Positions 15,203 through 28,274 of a stretch of 53,714 nt of DNA are shown piece by piece; positions within the stretch are counted from its first letter, which is position 1; each line of letters starts with the position of its first letter. A model generated the notes under the pieces. That model saw only the letters and a program-made list of their open reading frames with translations. It had not been told where the DNA came from and ran no database searches. The DNA is taken from positions 12,179,212 through 12,232,925 of the forward strand of contig NC_068993.1 in the NCBI RefSeq assembly GCF_001194135.2, read 5' to 3'. The translations under genes and the position numbers were made by a program. The DNA comes from Octopus bimaculoides. Lineage: Eukaryota.

Positions 15203-17084
15203 TATTTATATTGTCAGCAATGGTGCTCTCTGTTACTCCGTATTTATCTAAATATTTTCTTCTATTAAAGCCTCTATGAGCTACATCATACATTTTGTTT
15301 TTTAAATATGTTTATTTATTTATTTTTTGGTTTTGTTTCTTGGCAAAAAAATACAAAGCCCATTTGTTCGCAGAAGGACATAAAAAAAACAACAACAGCA
15401 AATAATCACTTTAACAAGATATAAAATAAAAATAAAAATAAAAGAATACATCACCTATTAAAACATATACATGCGCACGCACATTCACACACATTCATTT
15501 CTAGAGTCCGACATTTATTCATCCTACACACAAATCAACAAACAGACAAATGGAATGGTCACTAATTTCTAAAACATGATTGCTTTGTTTGTCTTTCGAG
15601 GAGCAAGAAAGATTTCAATTGAAAAAAGAGAGAGACAGAAATAAATATGCAAAAGAAAAGGAAAATGAGAGCACGAGAGATTGGGTATGTGAGTACGTGT
15701 GCGTTTGTATGTGAGTCTGAGAGAAAACGGAGTGAGTGTGAGAGAGAGAAAGAGAGAAAGAGTGAAGGGGTGAAGAAAAATATTTTCTCTAATTGTTGCT
15801 TGAAACAGTTTTTAATAACAATCCGCTGCCTTATTCGACACTTCAATAAGGTGAGGGAATAAGACAGATGGCTATTTAATTTTAGACCGAAACAAAACAA
15901 AGAAACACTTTATTTTTTGTTCTTTCTTTCTTACAGTATTTCTCTTTCATTTTAATATATTTTTTCCTCTGCAATCACTGTCGAATGTTTAGCTTAAATA
16001 TTCAAGCATATTGCGTTCTTATAAAATTCATTAATTGTTTCTGCAGTATACATGTGTTGCTGTATCAGGCGAAGGAATCATAATGGTTATTGTTGCTATT
16101 AGTTTGTTGATGTTGTTGTTGTTGTAGTTGTTTCGCCTCAAGTTAGCTCAGATGAATCTGTGAATAAACATCGGTTGGTTGTTTATTCTTACCCATGAAG
16201 ACTTTTACAAGACGGTACACCAGAACCTCATAAGTCTCCTCCCCTAGCAGTCGCTGTTAGCCCTTTACAGGATTGCAGCAATGTGATATAAAGTCATTTG
16301 AACAAGAGCATGACGTGACAACCCTGGCTGCGAATTTGCCCTTGCTCGTTTGTGTGAAACACAGACCATTAGGGTAATCTTCATATGTTAGGATTCATGA
16401 ACTTGGGCGGCCATGAATCCTACACCTAAAGAGCAGGAGTCACATTCACCTGATTTTCGAGTCTGGAATAGTCAAACTATCCCACACATATAACATGTTT
16501 CCATTCAATATATCTGTGTGAAAGCAAGTGGACTAATTGTTACGCGTATTGGAGTCACAATCGTATGGTTGTGTGCTTGGTTTTCGAATCGGGTTGCGTG
16601 ATTTGTAAGAAAGAATTCGACATCAGTTCCTATGACTCCTGTCCTCTCATAGAAATAAGTTTTGCGAAAAGTTTCCGCTGGTTGACATTCCCTGTCGGAT
16701 TTAGAGAGTCTACAATGCGTTACACATGGTGTGTTGAGTGAGATTAATTTCCCAAAGATGAAATTATTCAACGTTCTAATTGTAACTTAAGCCTTCCAGA
16801 TGATAAAGACCACATAGAAGTGACATCCAATGATAAGCATAAACATGTGTGTGTTGCCTGCGTGTGTGAGTGAGTGTATATGAAGCACAGATGATCCCTA
16901 TGGGATGTGAATTTGTGACGAAAAACAGCTTAAAATATTAACACGGCATTTACTCTACCACTCTCCCGATCTACGAACACGCAACTGTCTGAATAAATAC
17001 TGATATACATTCTATATATCTCTTTATTAGTCTAAACTATATAAACAGACAGCCTGCTGTTTATTAGCAGACACAGTGTCGTTG

Positions 17085-17270
17085 CAGTGTCGTGGTAAAT
17101 ACTTTGTGACCTTTAATCCTGCTCTTTGCATTATGAGCTCAAGTCACATCAGGTCCAAGTTAATTTTAATCATTTTAGTGTCGATTAAAAAGTACTAGTC
17201 AAGACCTGTAGATTGCCGGAATTTTCACGGCGTTAGACTTGTATGTTTGTTAGATCTAATCCAAACACTT
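17085..17270 (+). mobile_element. Highly degenerate SINE family A copy
   Basis: TATGAGCTCAAGTCAC...GTGTCGATTAAAAAGTACTAG echoes the family A box B and body. Confidence 0.4.
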
Positions 17271-17714
17271 AGCGTCCTGAATTAAGAATCCTATTGCTGT
17301 GTGATTGCGTGGCACGTTTTAATCCAATCCTCATTATAACGTGGTCCACTCTGCTAAAAGGAAAGGTATCGGGTCTCCATTTTGACGTAGTCTCACTATC
17401 ACACTTAACTCAGAGAACTTCTCAGTCTTCTCTCTTAGTAAACAGGTGATAATATAACACCCAGACCAGCAGAGTATATTAGCCTGTAAGAAGATAGAAA
17501 AATATCATATTCAGTATGATTTATTCATAAATTGAATTTAACTAATTCCTGCAGTCCTTTTAATCTTAGGATTGCGGCAATATTAACGTACGAAATTCGA
17601 TGGTCATAAACCATTCAGATTATCGAGTCCATATGGATGAAGAGTAAAGTCATCATGCCGCTTAATAAGACGTGCTCAGTTCATAGAGAAAACGTAAACA
17701 ATGAGTTCCTATAT

Positions 17715-17747
<33 letters not shown>

Positions 17748-18030
17748 NNNNNNNNNNNNNNNNNNNNNNNNNNNNNNNNNNNNNNNNNNNNNNNNNNNNN
17801 NNNNNNNNNNNNNNNNNNNNNNNNNNNNNNNNNNNNNNNNNNNNNNNNNNNNNNNNNNNNNNNNNNNNNNNNNNNNNNNNNNNNNNNNNNNNNNNNNNNN
17901 NNNNNNNNNNNNNNNNNNNNNNNNNNNNNNNNNNNNNNNNNNNNNNNNNNNNNNNNNNNNNNNNNNNNNNNNNNNNNNNNNNNNNNNNNNNNNNNNNNNN
18001 NNNNNNNNNNNNNNNNNNNNNNNNNNNNNT
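17748..18030. other. Assembly gap
   Basis: N run after (TA)n. Confidence 1.
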
Positions 18031-18806
18031 TGGGACATAAGAGCCCTCAACACAAAAAATATAGGACTTTTTCTGTGCTCATTGAACTCAAACACCCAAC
18101 TCTTGATTGCGCGACAAGTGTAGCAGCCAAAAGATTTGCAAGGCACTAGGAGGCCTGGAGAGACACATTCCTCTCCAAAGAACATGATTACAGCTTTATT
18201 TTTACCGAACCCTCATTTGCCGTTCGTGACCAGAGAATCCATCATATATACACATATATATACAAGGGATGTTTTACATGTGTTTCTTCTATGGTAGAGG
18301 GCAATTGGATAATGTTTTAAACGGCAAACTTAATTGAACCAGGAACTCGTAACCATAGCGCCACTCCAGATGATTTTTTTTAATAACCTTTTTACTATGA
18401 GAGGTTTAAAAATATGAAAGAAAACCCCAGAAAAGTGATACAAATGTATGTACTATGCATTGAGGGCGAAACGATTCACAATGATGACGATGATGATGAT
18501 AATGACAATGATGTGATACTGAAAATGATGATGATAACAATGATAAGGTTGATGACCATCATCATCAACATCATCATCATCATCATCATCACATAGGCGA
18601 TGATGACAACGATGGTATTTTTATGTTATAGTCTCGCATGTGTAAACTACCTAACGACTCAATAATTTCCTGTTGATTTAATGCTTAACCATCGATTTGC
18701 CTTTGTCTCTCTCGCCTCACTTTCTCTAGTATTGTCTTCCTTTTCCACTCCAAGCTCTCTTTTACACTTTGCCTCTCTCTCCAACTCAGCTCTCTCTCTC
18801 TCCCTC

Positions 18807-18816
18807 NNNNNNNNNN
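18807..18816. other. Assembly gap (10 N)
   Basis: N run inside (CT)n. Confidence 1.
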
Positions 18817-18863
<47 letters not shown>

Positions 18864-18919
18864 CTTCTCTCCTCGCATTTTCGAAACGCATAATTTCATT
18901 GCTTTTTGTCATTCTATTT

Positions 18920-19002
18920 CTACTTTAGTAGTAGTAGCAGTAGTTGTAGTAGTAGTAATAGTAGTAGTGGTGGTGGTGGTGGTGGTGGTGATGATGGTGG
19001 TG

Positions 19003-19063
<61 letters not shown>

Positions 19064-19065
19064 CT
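18920..19065. repeat. (AGT)n-(GGT)n array
   Basis: Direct reading. Confidence 0.95.
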
Positions 19066-19208
19066 ATTACTCTTCGGTTTTCGTTAATTATCTCTGGCTT
19101 TCGTTAATTTTTATCTGCATTTTCTGTAGGCCGACCTTACCATCAGTAGAACGACCAAAATCGTTCTAGCATTGACCCCTATTATCTCTATTTCGCTCCC
19201 TCCATCTG

Positions 19209-19262
<54 letters not shown>

Positions 19263-19317
19263 TTCCCACTCTCAGTATTTTCTTTGAAACATAGTATATG
19301 TATATATATATATATTC

Positions 19318-19551
19318 TTTTACTTGTTTCAGTCGTTTGACTGCGACCATGCTGGAGCACCACCTGTAGTCAAGCAAAACGACCCCAGGACTTATTCTTT
19401 GTAAGACTAGTACTTATTTTATCGGTATCTTTGGCTGAACCGCTAAGTTACGGAGGACATAAACACACCAGCATCGGTTGTCAAGCGATATTGGGGGGAC
19501 AAACACAGACACACAAACACATACACACATATATATACATATATGTATATA

Positions 19552-19584
<33 letters not shown>

Positions 19585-19732
19585 TCGACGGGCGTCCCTC
19601 TACAAAATCCACTCACAAGGCTTTGGTCATGCTGAGGGTATAGTAGAAGACACCTGCGCAAAATGCCACGCAGTGGGACTGAACCCGGAACCATATGGTT
19701 GGGAAGCAAGTTTCTTACTACACAACTACTAT
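19318..19732 (-). mobile_element. SINE family C (tRNA-like head, internal (TA/CA)n tract), near full length
   Basis: Minus-strand head TGTAGTAAGAAACTTGCTTCCCAACC...GGGTTCAGTCCCACTGCGTGG; homologous to 24708-24955 and 44860-45475. Confidence 0.85.
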
Positions 19733-21763
19733 GACGACATCCATGTGTCTGTTTCCCCACATATATCTTTAGCTGGTATAGGGCAAGTTTTCCGGAAGAA
19801 TTTCAATGTTATTTCTAGCATCTCGATTGGCTGTGAAGTTGTCTCTTTCAAGATGGTTCTTTACTATACTTAAAATAACTCTCACTCTCTTTATTAACTA
19901 CACTCGACTGGACAAGTTACGTTTGCACCGTATGACAATGAAACATTCGTCAGTTATTTCAATGTCTATAATGAAAAACTTGAAGAAAAAACTGTCACTA
20001 TCTTCCTTCGTATGAATTATTTTACCCAGAAGCACAAACAAAAACTATTTACAAAAGTGGTATGGCTATTTCTTTTCAATTTATTTTATTTTATTTTACT
20101 TTCTTCTGCCTAGTATTCCACTCGATACACAAGCATGTCGGAACAAGTAGTTAGAACACATCTGCTTTTGTCTTCAGTTTACACTTGATGCAATATGTTG
20201 AATGAGGACGTTTACAATATTTGCTACTAGCGATGGTGCTCTTTATTCATGTATAATTATGTAAAAATTTCTTATTTTAAAACCTCTTTGAATTCCATAC
20301 TTAAACTGTTACATTGTCTGGGGTGGTGGGGTTAGCTTTATGTTTGTTTGTTTTGTGTCTTCATAAATCTAATAAAGATAACATTTGTTTTAAAGAAACG
20401 CATTAAACTTAAGCACACAACACACATAAATATAGAGATACACTCCAACACAAAAACATACTCAAACACATGGCATATCTCACTTGGGCACATTCAAGAT
20501 CCACATTTTGTTTTTTCAGAAATTACAGCCTTTGGCCTTGAAGAAAATGGAGGACATGGGGGATAATACGTAGCAATGTACGATTCAATGTCACAAAATA
20601 TGGTCAGCGTTGGAAGAATCTTTCTAGATATTTCTCATGGTCAGTAAAGATTAACCTAGGGCTAAACAAGAATTACAGCAGCATGCAAATCACGAAACAC
20701 TCAGAAAACAATGTTCACCCATTTCCAAGATGATTGCTTTGTCTGACTTGGCAGAAATGTGAATCAATAAACTACGAACACCAAATATTTGGGGAGATAT
20801 GAATCAGTAATAACTTCAGTATTCATGTTTCTCTTGCTTTTTCCAATTTTTTGGCTTATTTTTATATCCTCACCTTTCTTTTATTTATTTTTACATATTG
20901 GTGGGGCTTTGTTATTTTTCTGTTGACTAGTACCAGATGTGTCTTAATAAAGTATGTCAATTCTAAAAGGTATCTCATCAATGACCATCCCGTTTTTACC
21001 CCCTGTATAATATAGGACAACATTACGTCAAATGTCCTACCTTTTCTCAAAGGAATCTGAATGTGATTTGCGAAAGATTTACAGATAACAGCCATTATGT
21101 GCGGGATGAATGCGCGATCTCTCCCGCTATTTATTGTTCTTTTCCACCATGTAATACCACTTTACCTAATTTCAAATCCTCCCATTTTTTTCTATGTATT
21201 GTGATATTTGCCATTATTTTCGATGTTGTTTCTCCCCAGGGAAAGCATGAATGGGTTGACATATGAACAAAATGCTTACAAGCAATTCACATCCTATCTT
21301 TTAGAGCTATCTGCTATCACATTTTAATCTATTCCTCTTTCCTCGTCTTATGATTATATAAAGTAATTTTAAGAAAATTTAGGTTATATTTCTAGCATCT
21401 ACACCGACAGCATACAGACACCAACGCTGTTGATGTAGTAAAAGCGCCTGTGCAACATTGAAAAGATAATGAGATATATTAATGTCGCTTTTTATTGTCA
21501 TGTCGACGTTCACAGAAACGTAGTATACGTATTTTATGGAGATAAATTAATGTAGTCAAATGATTGTAATAATATGCTGCGCAGTTTAGCAGGAGACGTA
21601 TAAAAATATAGACAATTATAATATATATGGTAAGAATAAAAACAAAAATAGCACCTAGAATATAAAAGTAGAGTTGATATGTTTATTGGGTAACATGCTG
21701 GAAGTAAAAATAAAACGCTGCTTTCTATGTATAACCAAGTTATTAAATACAGCACAGACGTTG

Positions 21764-21799
<36 letters not shown>

Positions 21800-23130
21800 A
21801 ATAAAATAAAATAAAACAAGCAACAAAGGCTTTGTAATATAACTAAAGATTGATGGTAAAATAAACTTCGACATACATGGTCAGTATTCGCTACACCAAT
21901 GAAATTGAATGAGGCAATGCTGAATTAAAGCCAAAATTGCCTTACCGATGTCACAAGAGAATCTGTAACTACAGATGTTATGTTCCCTATGTATGGTCCC
22001 GATCACTATGTACTATACCAGAAATAGAAACCGGTGGAAGACCTACTTCCGTGTTGCTGATCTGTAATAACTGAGAAAGATTTCTTTTAAATAACCCCAC
22101 ATCGTCTACATAATAGGGGTGATATACTTTATATTAAGTAGTTCATGATATCCTCTCTATTGGAAGAGAAAACATAAAATAGTCCTTAGGGATGTAACAG
22201 GTTTTATATTATGACTAATCCATGAGTTCCAGTATGTGGCTAAACAACAATTTATATACTCAAGAAACATAGTGTAGATATTCTGTTGTGTAATCGTATT
22301 TATGCATACTGATAGTTTAAACTTGTTCCATGTTATATAGCGTAAAAATTATTTCTTTCGAATAACTATTTAGTAAATATTTTACGCCTAGCTTAGTTAT
22401 ATTTTCTCGTCAGGGATGCGCAAACAAACAATCCGAATGCCAAGTTTTCGGTGAAATATGAATCGCTAAAATAGCTGTATTGATTATATGTTACTGTTGC
22501 TTTCGAGAAAAATTATGGAGTCATTTTATTATGCTTGTCTTATTTTGTTTTATATCTTGTTGCTTGTTTTGTTTCAAATGCTTTGCTGAAAAATTTCACG
22601 TGAGACTGCTTCAAGCATATCTATGATAAAAGGTGTCCCAGTAGCACACATCCCGTCTTTTCTTCATGTATAATTTAGAACCTTGTTATGGCAATTGTCT
22701 TATCCTTTTTAAAAGAAAGTAGAAGGTGATTTCAAGATGAGTTGCAACTCTGTTGTTCAGGTAGAACTTAATGTCTCCCGCGTTGAATATTTACTCTCCT
22801 TTAGGTATAATTCGGAGCCATTCTGAAACCTGTTAAGTAGATCTAAAATATATTCCCCAACGGAAGTTTATTAATGCCGAAACATATTCACAGCCATTAC
22901 AATATTTAAGTAACTCTACGTCAGCGGAGACTACACAGAACATACTCTTCGAAACGCTGAGTGACACACAGACCATTACCAATCTTGTTATTACGCTGCT
23001 AAATGATATATCGCATAAGCAAATTCCACCCAGTTCATTGTCATTATCCACAAATTTGTGTATATAACTTAGCCTCAACGTTTGCCCATTTCTCATAAAT
23101 TTCGGCATCCTGAGGCTATATTCTAATGTG

Positions 23131-23330
23131 CGAGGGGCTGCTGAAAAGTTCCTGGCTTTGGGTAAAAAAAATACTCGAAGGTCAGGTAATTATGATTATG
23201 TTCACCATATTCCCCTCTCAAATTCACCCACTTCAGTTTTTCTAAGCCCTGCAAAAGAAATCAGAAGGCTGGGCCTCCAGCCAGGCTTTTCGCGATGTCC
23301 TTAATACCAGGAATTTGTAGTATCCCCTCG
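23131..23330 (+). mobile_element. Probable terminus of a Tc1/mariner-derived non-autonomous element
   Basis: CGAGGGGCTGCTGAAAAGTTCCTGG resembles mariner-type (TA)CGAGGG...AAAAGT termini; no matching second end was found. Confidence 0.45.
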
Positions 23331-24422
23331 TGTAATGGTAATATAAATCCCCAGAATAATAAGCGGAACCTGTCAAAGTTGCATAAACGTTTACAACAAA
23401 TATTTCAATATGGTCACAAATTTTCTGATAGGAAACGTCAACAGTCAGACAGTAAGTAATATACAACAGGAGAGACATAAGTGTTTGCAACGGCCACCTG
23501 ACATTTAAGACATACTGCTTTACAGCCATTTTTTTCCCAAATTATTGACTACATAAAACAGAGAACAAATAGTTAGGTTAGACAATTCTACTCTTTTGAA
23601 TACGTGGCCACTATCCATTAAGCAAAGGGATCAACTACTAGAGTAGGTTATTTCCCGTGCTTTATCAAACATTTAAACAGAAATCATTATCAATAAATGA
23701 TTGAAAAATTACTTCATTTCCTAAGTGAGGAGTAGTTTTGCAGAAATCTCCCTATTCCGTTAATTTTTTCTATTTATATTACCATTTACGAAGAAACATA
23801 GAGAATAGAATCAGCGATTGTTACATAACGTATTACAAGCTATAAACCACAAAATGTTTTACCATCGTTAGAGAATCTACTAAATCTATTATACAATTTC
23901 TATATTGATATCGACATAAGAGCATTATTAACGCAATATATCAATGCTAAAGAAAGAAGCATCTAATTTAATAAAAGTAAAAAAAAACAACTAAAGTTTG
24001 ATTTTGTGACGGAAATCAGGAAATTGCGAAAAGAAAGTTCCACAGAGATTTTCAGGAGCAACAGGAAACGGACATGATAAACATCCGAAAATATTGGTTC
24101 AAAAGAATGTTACAGAAGATTCAAGGCTAAATACGATCAATGTTATGTACACATTAACTAGACGTCGACATTACAATATCTTATAATAAGTTAGACGATA
24201 CCTGAAGGTCCTACAGCGAGAAAGGAGGATAACGTACTGCATCATAAACGTGATTGTTTCAGATGGATCCGGTTGGCGAATTGAAAATTACCATCCTCTC
24301 CGGATTGAGCAGCTGTACTGCAGACTCTAGGCCCACATACATATTCAGCCTTATAACTTTACTATCAAGGGGGAAATAGTACTAATTCTTCCACGTATAT
24401 ATATATATATATATATATATAT

Positions 24423-24707
24423 NNNNNNNNNNNNNNNNNNNNNNNNNNNNNNNNNNNNNNNNNNNNNNNNNNNNNNNNNNNNNNNNNNNNNNNNNNNNNN
24501 NNNNNNNNNNNNNNNNNNNNNNNNNNNNNNNNNNNNNNNNNNNNNNNNNNNNNNNNNNNNNNNNNNNNNNNNNNNNNNNNNNNNNNNNNNNNNNNNNNNN
24601 NNNNNNNNNNNNNNNNNNNNNNNNNNNNNNNNNNNNNNNNNNNNNNNNNNNNNNNNNNNNNNNNNNNNNNNNNNNNNNNNNNNNNNNNNNNNNNNNNNNN
24701 NNNNNNN
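24423..24707. other. Assembly gap
   Basis: N run after (TA)n. Confidence 1.
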
Positions 24708-24955
24708 AAGCCTAGTAGTTATGCTATCGGTCGCATTTGCCAAACTGCTAAGTTGTCGGGAGGTAAACACACCAACATCAGTTGTCAGGCGATGGTGGGG
24801 AGACAAGGACTGGCACACAAATACATTCATACATATATACACACGATAGGCTTCTTTCAGTTTCCGTCTACCAAATACGCTCATAAGACTTTGTTCGGCC
24901 GGAGGCTTTAACAGAAGACATTTGCCGAAGGTTCCACGCAGTAGACCTCAACCCA
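24708..24955 (-). mobile_element. SINE family C, partial (cut by gap)
   Basis: CTGCTAAGTTG...AAACACACCAACATC...CAGTTTCCGTCTACCAAAT...AGAAGACATTTGCC...CCACGCAGT matches 19318-19732. Confidence 0.85.
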
Positions 24956-25041
24956 GTGTATGTCTGCGTGTGTATGTTTATGTGCTATACATATTCATGG
25001 GGAATATAAAATGAAATATTTTACAGCGTAAAAACAGAAGT

Positions 25042-25044
<3 letters not shown>

Positions 25045-25110
<66 letters not shown>
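25045..25110. repeat. (GA)n microsatellite
   Basis: Direct reading. Confidence 0.97.
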
Positions 25111-25111
<1 letters not shown>

Positions 25112-26147
25112 CAGAAGTGGTCAATGGAAACTACACAGAACAAAGATAATCAGAATCGTATGATAAAGCAGGTTATAAGATCAAGCATTGAGCTCTGTAT
25201 ATAAAGGGAAGAAATAAGCTATAATTTAGCAGCTAAAAATAACAGAAAAATGTTTACATTCGGAAAAGTCATCAATTAAAGAAACGTCGGGAAACACTAA
25301 AGAAAAAGAAAAAAAACTTTCAAATGATCAATATAATACAAACTAGACACAGAGAAATTAGTTGAAATAAAAAGACAACAATTGTTCGAAGTTTCTGGAA
25401 AGGACGCAAAATAGCAAAATCTGAACTTGGTTGGAAAAGATCAATGCCAAATGATAAAACAACGTAAATAGAAAAGTAAAACGGGAGATCGGTTGTAGAC
25501 TAAGCAATCAACCTAAAATATCGACTACATCATTACCTGAAGCTTAGTCGTCGCGACGACTGAATTTATCAACACACATGATTGGTTAGGTGGCTGTATC
25601 CATTGGGTATTTCATGCAATGATTCATGTGAACATTGAGAATATGTCGTATATACGCAACAAAAGCTGGATCAAATTGATATACACTGTTTCTTTTTGTT
25701 TTTCCTTTGTTTTTGTTTCGTGTTACTCTTTCTAACAATGTTTACCTACTAAATGTCTGATTGTTTTTTTCATTCTGCAGCTATTCTTCCATATCTAAAT
25801 TATGTAATCAGTGTGCGTAATGTACCTGCTCTGATTCCCATTACAAGTTTATTGTATATGACCACGATTCCAACACCCCTCGCACACGAGCGCGCATTCA
25901 CACACACACACACACATACACACACACACATGTATATACATGTATGCATACATACACTCATCCATATATATATGTGTGTGCGCTTATATGTGTGTGTGTT
26001 TGTGAGAATTGTTTTTACCGTTTACGTTACGTTCAAATTTTCTGGTCGCAATGGGATAACAGAAACTTCATCTCTCATTGAGCGGCACATATATGTGGAT
26101 GTTGTCATTACCTCGGGAGGTATAATATAGTTCTCCATGACTCTCTG

Positions 26148-26183
<36 letters not shown>

Positions 26184-26209
26184 TGGCCCTGACTACAGAT
26201 AATTTAATA

Positions 26210-26554
26210 TTAGCACCCGGAAAAGACATTGAAGTTGTTATTCCAATCATTCTTCTGGTTTGAAGAGATATATCCAAATGTAGATGATTTATCTAGAATT
26301 TTCTGGAGATATTCGTCAGGTAAACGTTTCAATGTTATGAAACCTTTTCCTCCCCCGATATGTGTTGACATGATTTTAAACAAAGCAGAGTCAGTTGAAG
26401 TGAAATAATTCTGGCTTAATATCATGATGTGACGTGAGCAAAAATTTGTAGATGAATAGTGCGGATGAATCTTAAAGTTGATGCCAACATCATTGAGGTG
26501 ATACTGTTGGAATATTTTATACACCAACCAAATGATATAGCACTCATATCGTTG
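26210..26554 (-). other. Orphan 114-codon open frame; possible terminal exon or decayed coding fragment
   Basis: Non-repetitive stop-free frame following a TTATTCATTCTAG acceptor-like site; no family recognised. Confidence 0.2.
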
Positions 26555-27726
26555 CTAGAATGAATAATTTTTAAGCTTATCCAGCAGATCCCAATAAGCA
26601 AGACCTGTCGTGTATATTTTTTCTTTGTGATTGATATCTGAGGTTCATCAATTTATATATATTTTTTCGTCTAGGGAGCTCATAGTAGACAACGGCGCAT
26701 TTATATATCCATATACCCCCATCACCACACACACGCACCCCACCCCACCTGCGCGGGCATGTATATGTGGCTAAACTAAGTTCCTCGGTTCTCTCTGGTT
26801 TGAGGTAGATTAAAAAAAAAGCAACAGCAAGGATAATAATCATCCGTATGCAGATGCACGCACTCCATAAGTGTAAAACAACTTAGACGAAATTGAACTG
26901 TTGCAAAAGTGACAAGAAATGCTGCCCAGCACATTGCAATTCGATACTATGAGCTCTCATGTATTATATTTTTGTAGCGTATCCGGAATTGGAGTTGAAT
27001 CTAAAAAGAATGCACAGAAACTTCTTGTCAGTTTGACTGACACGATTAAACTAGTACAGTGAATTCGAAGAAAATAACTCTGAACATTCGCTTTTATTTA
27101 ACGGCAATATCGTGACTTTTCTTAAGTAAACACACCGCCATCATTCTACCTCACACCATGGAAATGTAATTATTTTGTCGCTTGATAATTACTAAATCTG
27201 ACATGTAGTTAAATCACTAAAACCGTCTTACTAAATTTCAGGCAAAATACTATAGGTCTAATAAATCAAAAAGACGGAAATAGTTTCACTCATTTCACGC
27301 CAACACATGCATGAAATGGGAAATGAAATGTTTAGAGTTCTTAGAAATGACACATAACATCGTGTCTAGCACATTTGACTTCTTCCACTTTCATTTCATG
27401 GAAAAAAAAAAAAAAAATTTAAATAAAACACACCCAAACGAATGCAGTTTTTTATTCTTTTTTAGTTCATGTAAGCTTTATCCGCGTTGCTAGAATTCTT
27501 GCTATTCGTGATGAAAGGTGTTATCCTATTGTCTACATACTTTATCAGTAGAACATTTAATATATATACAATAGAGACTAAATAACAAACTCTGCAAAAT
27601 ATTCTGAAGTTTGTGATTGGCTGTAAGATTGAAATGAATATGATGTAAATTTGCATATCGGTTATCGCTAAACGTAAACGAACTGAAAGGCTGTAGAACA
27701 AAAGTGTTGAACCAATATTAGTATCT

Positions 27727-27945
27727 AATATCGGCTTCAGATTTTGAAACAAAGCGAGCAATTCTAGGAGAGGGGTGAGTCGATTACATCGACCCCACTG
27801 CTCAACTAGTACTTATTGTATCGACCTGAAAGGATGAAGGGAAAAGTCGACCTCGGTGGCATTTGAACACAGAATGTAAAGACAGACGAAATCTCGCTAA
27901 GCATTTTGCACGCTGCGGTATCGATTTTATCAGCCCTCTTCCTTT
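27727..27945 (-). mobile_element. SINE family A copy
   Basis: Reverse complement of the family A body: GTACTTATTGTATCGACCTGAAAGGATGAAGGGAAAAGTCGAC. Confidence 0.85.
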
Positions 27946-27964
27946 AGTTAGTTTTTAACATTAG

Positions 27965-28082
27965 CTTTCAATTCAAATTCCGCTGGCGTCGACTTTGCCT
28001 TTCATCCTTCCAGAGTCGATAAAATAATCGACTCACCTACTTCACAGAAATTACTGGCCTTGTGCCAAATTTTGAAACTAAT
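27965..28082 (+). mobile_element. SINE family A, 5'-truncated
   Basis: TTCAAATTCCGCTGGCGTCGACTTTGCCTTTCATCCTT...GGCCTTGTGCCAAATTTTGAAAC. Confidence 0.85.
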
Positions 28083-28274
28083 ATTAGCTTTAAATTTTGG
28101 TACAAGACCAACTATTTCGGGAGAGTCGATTACATCGATTCCAGTGCTCAACTGGTACTTAATTATATCGACACCAAAAGGATGAAAGGAAAGATGGACC
28201 CCGGCTGCAGACGGACGAAATACTGCTAAGCTTTTTAGCGGACGAGCTAACGATTATCCCAGCTCGCCGTCTTA
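28083..28274 (-). mobile_element. SINE family A copy, tail-to-tail with the previous copy
   Basis: Ends AGCTCGCCGTCTTA (reverse complement of the head); body ATCGACACCAAAAGGATGAAAGG. Confidence 0.85.

Noticed and set aside
22406-22425. CAGGGATGCGCAAAC as a hAT-like terminus
   Set aside because: No matching inverted end or TSD was found.
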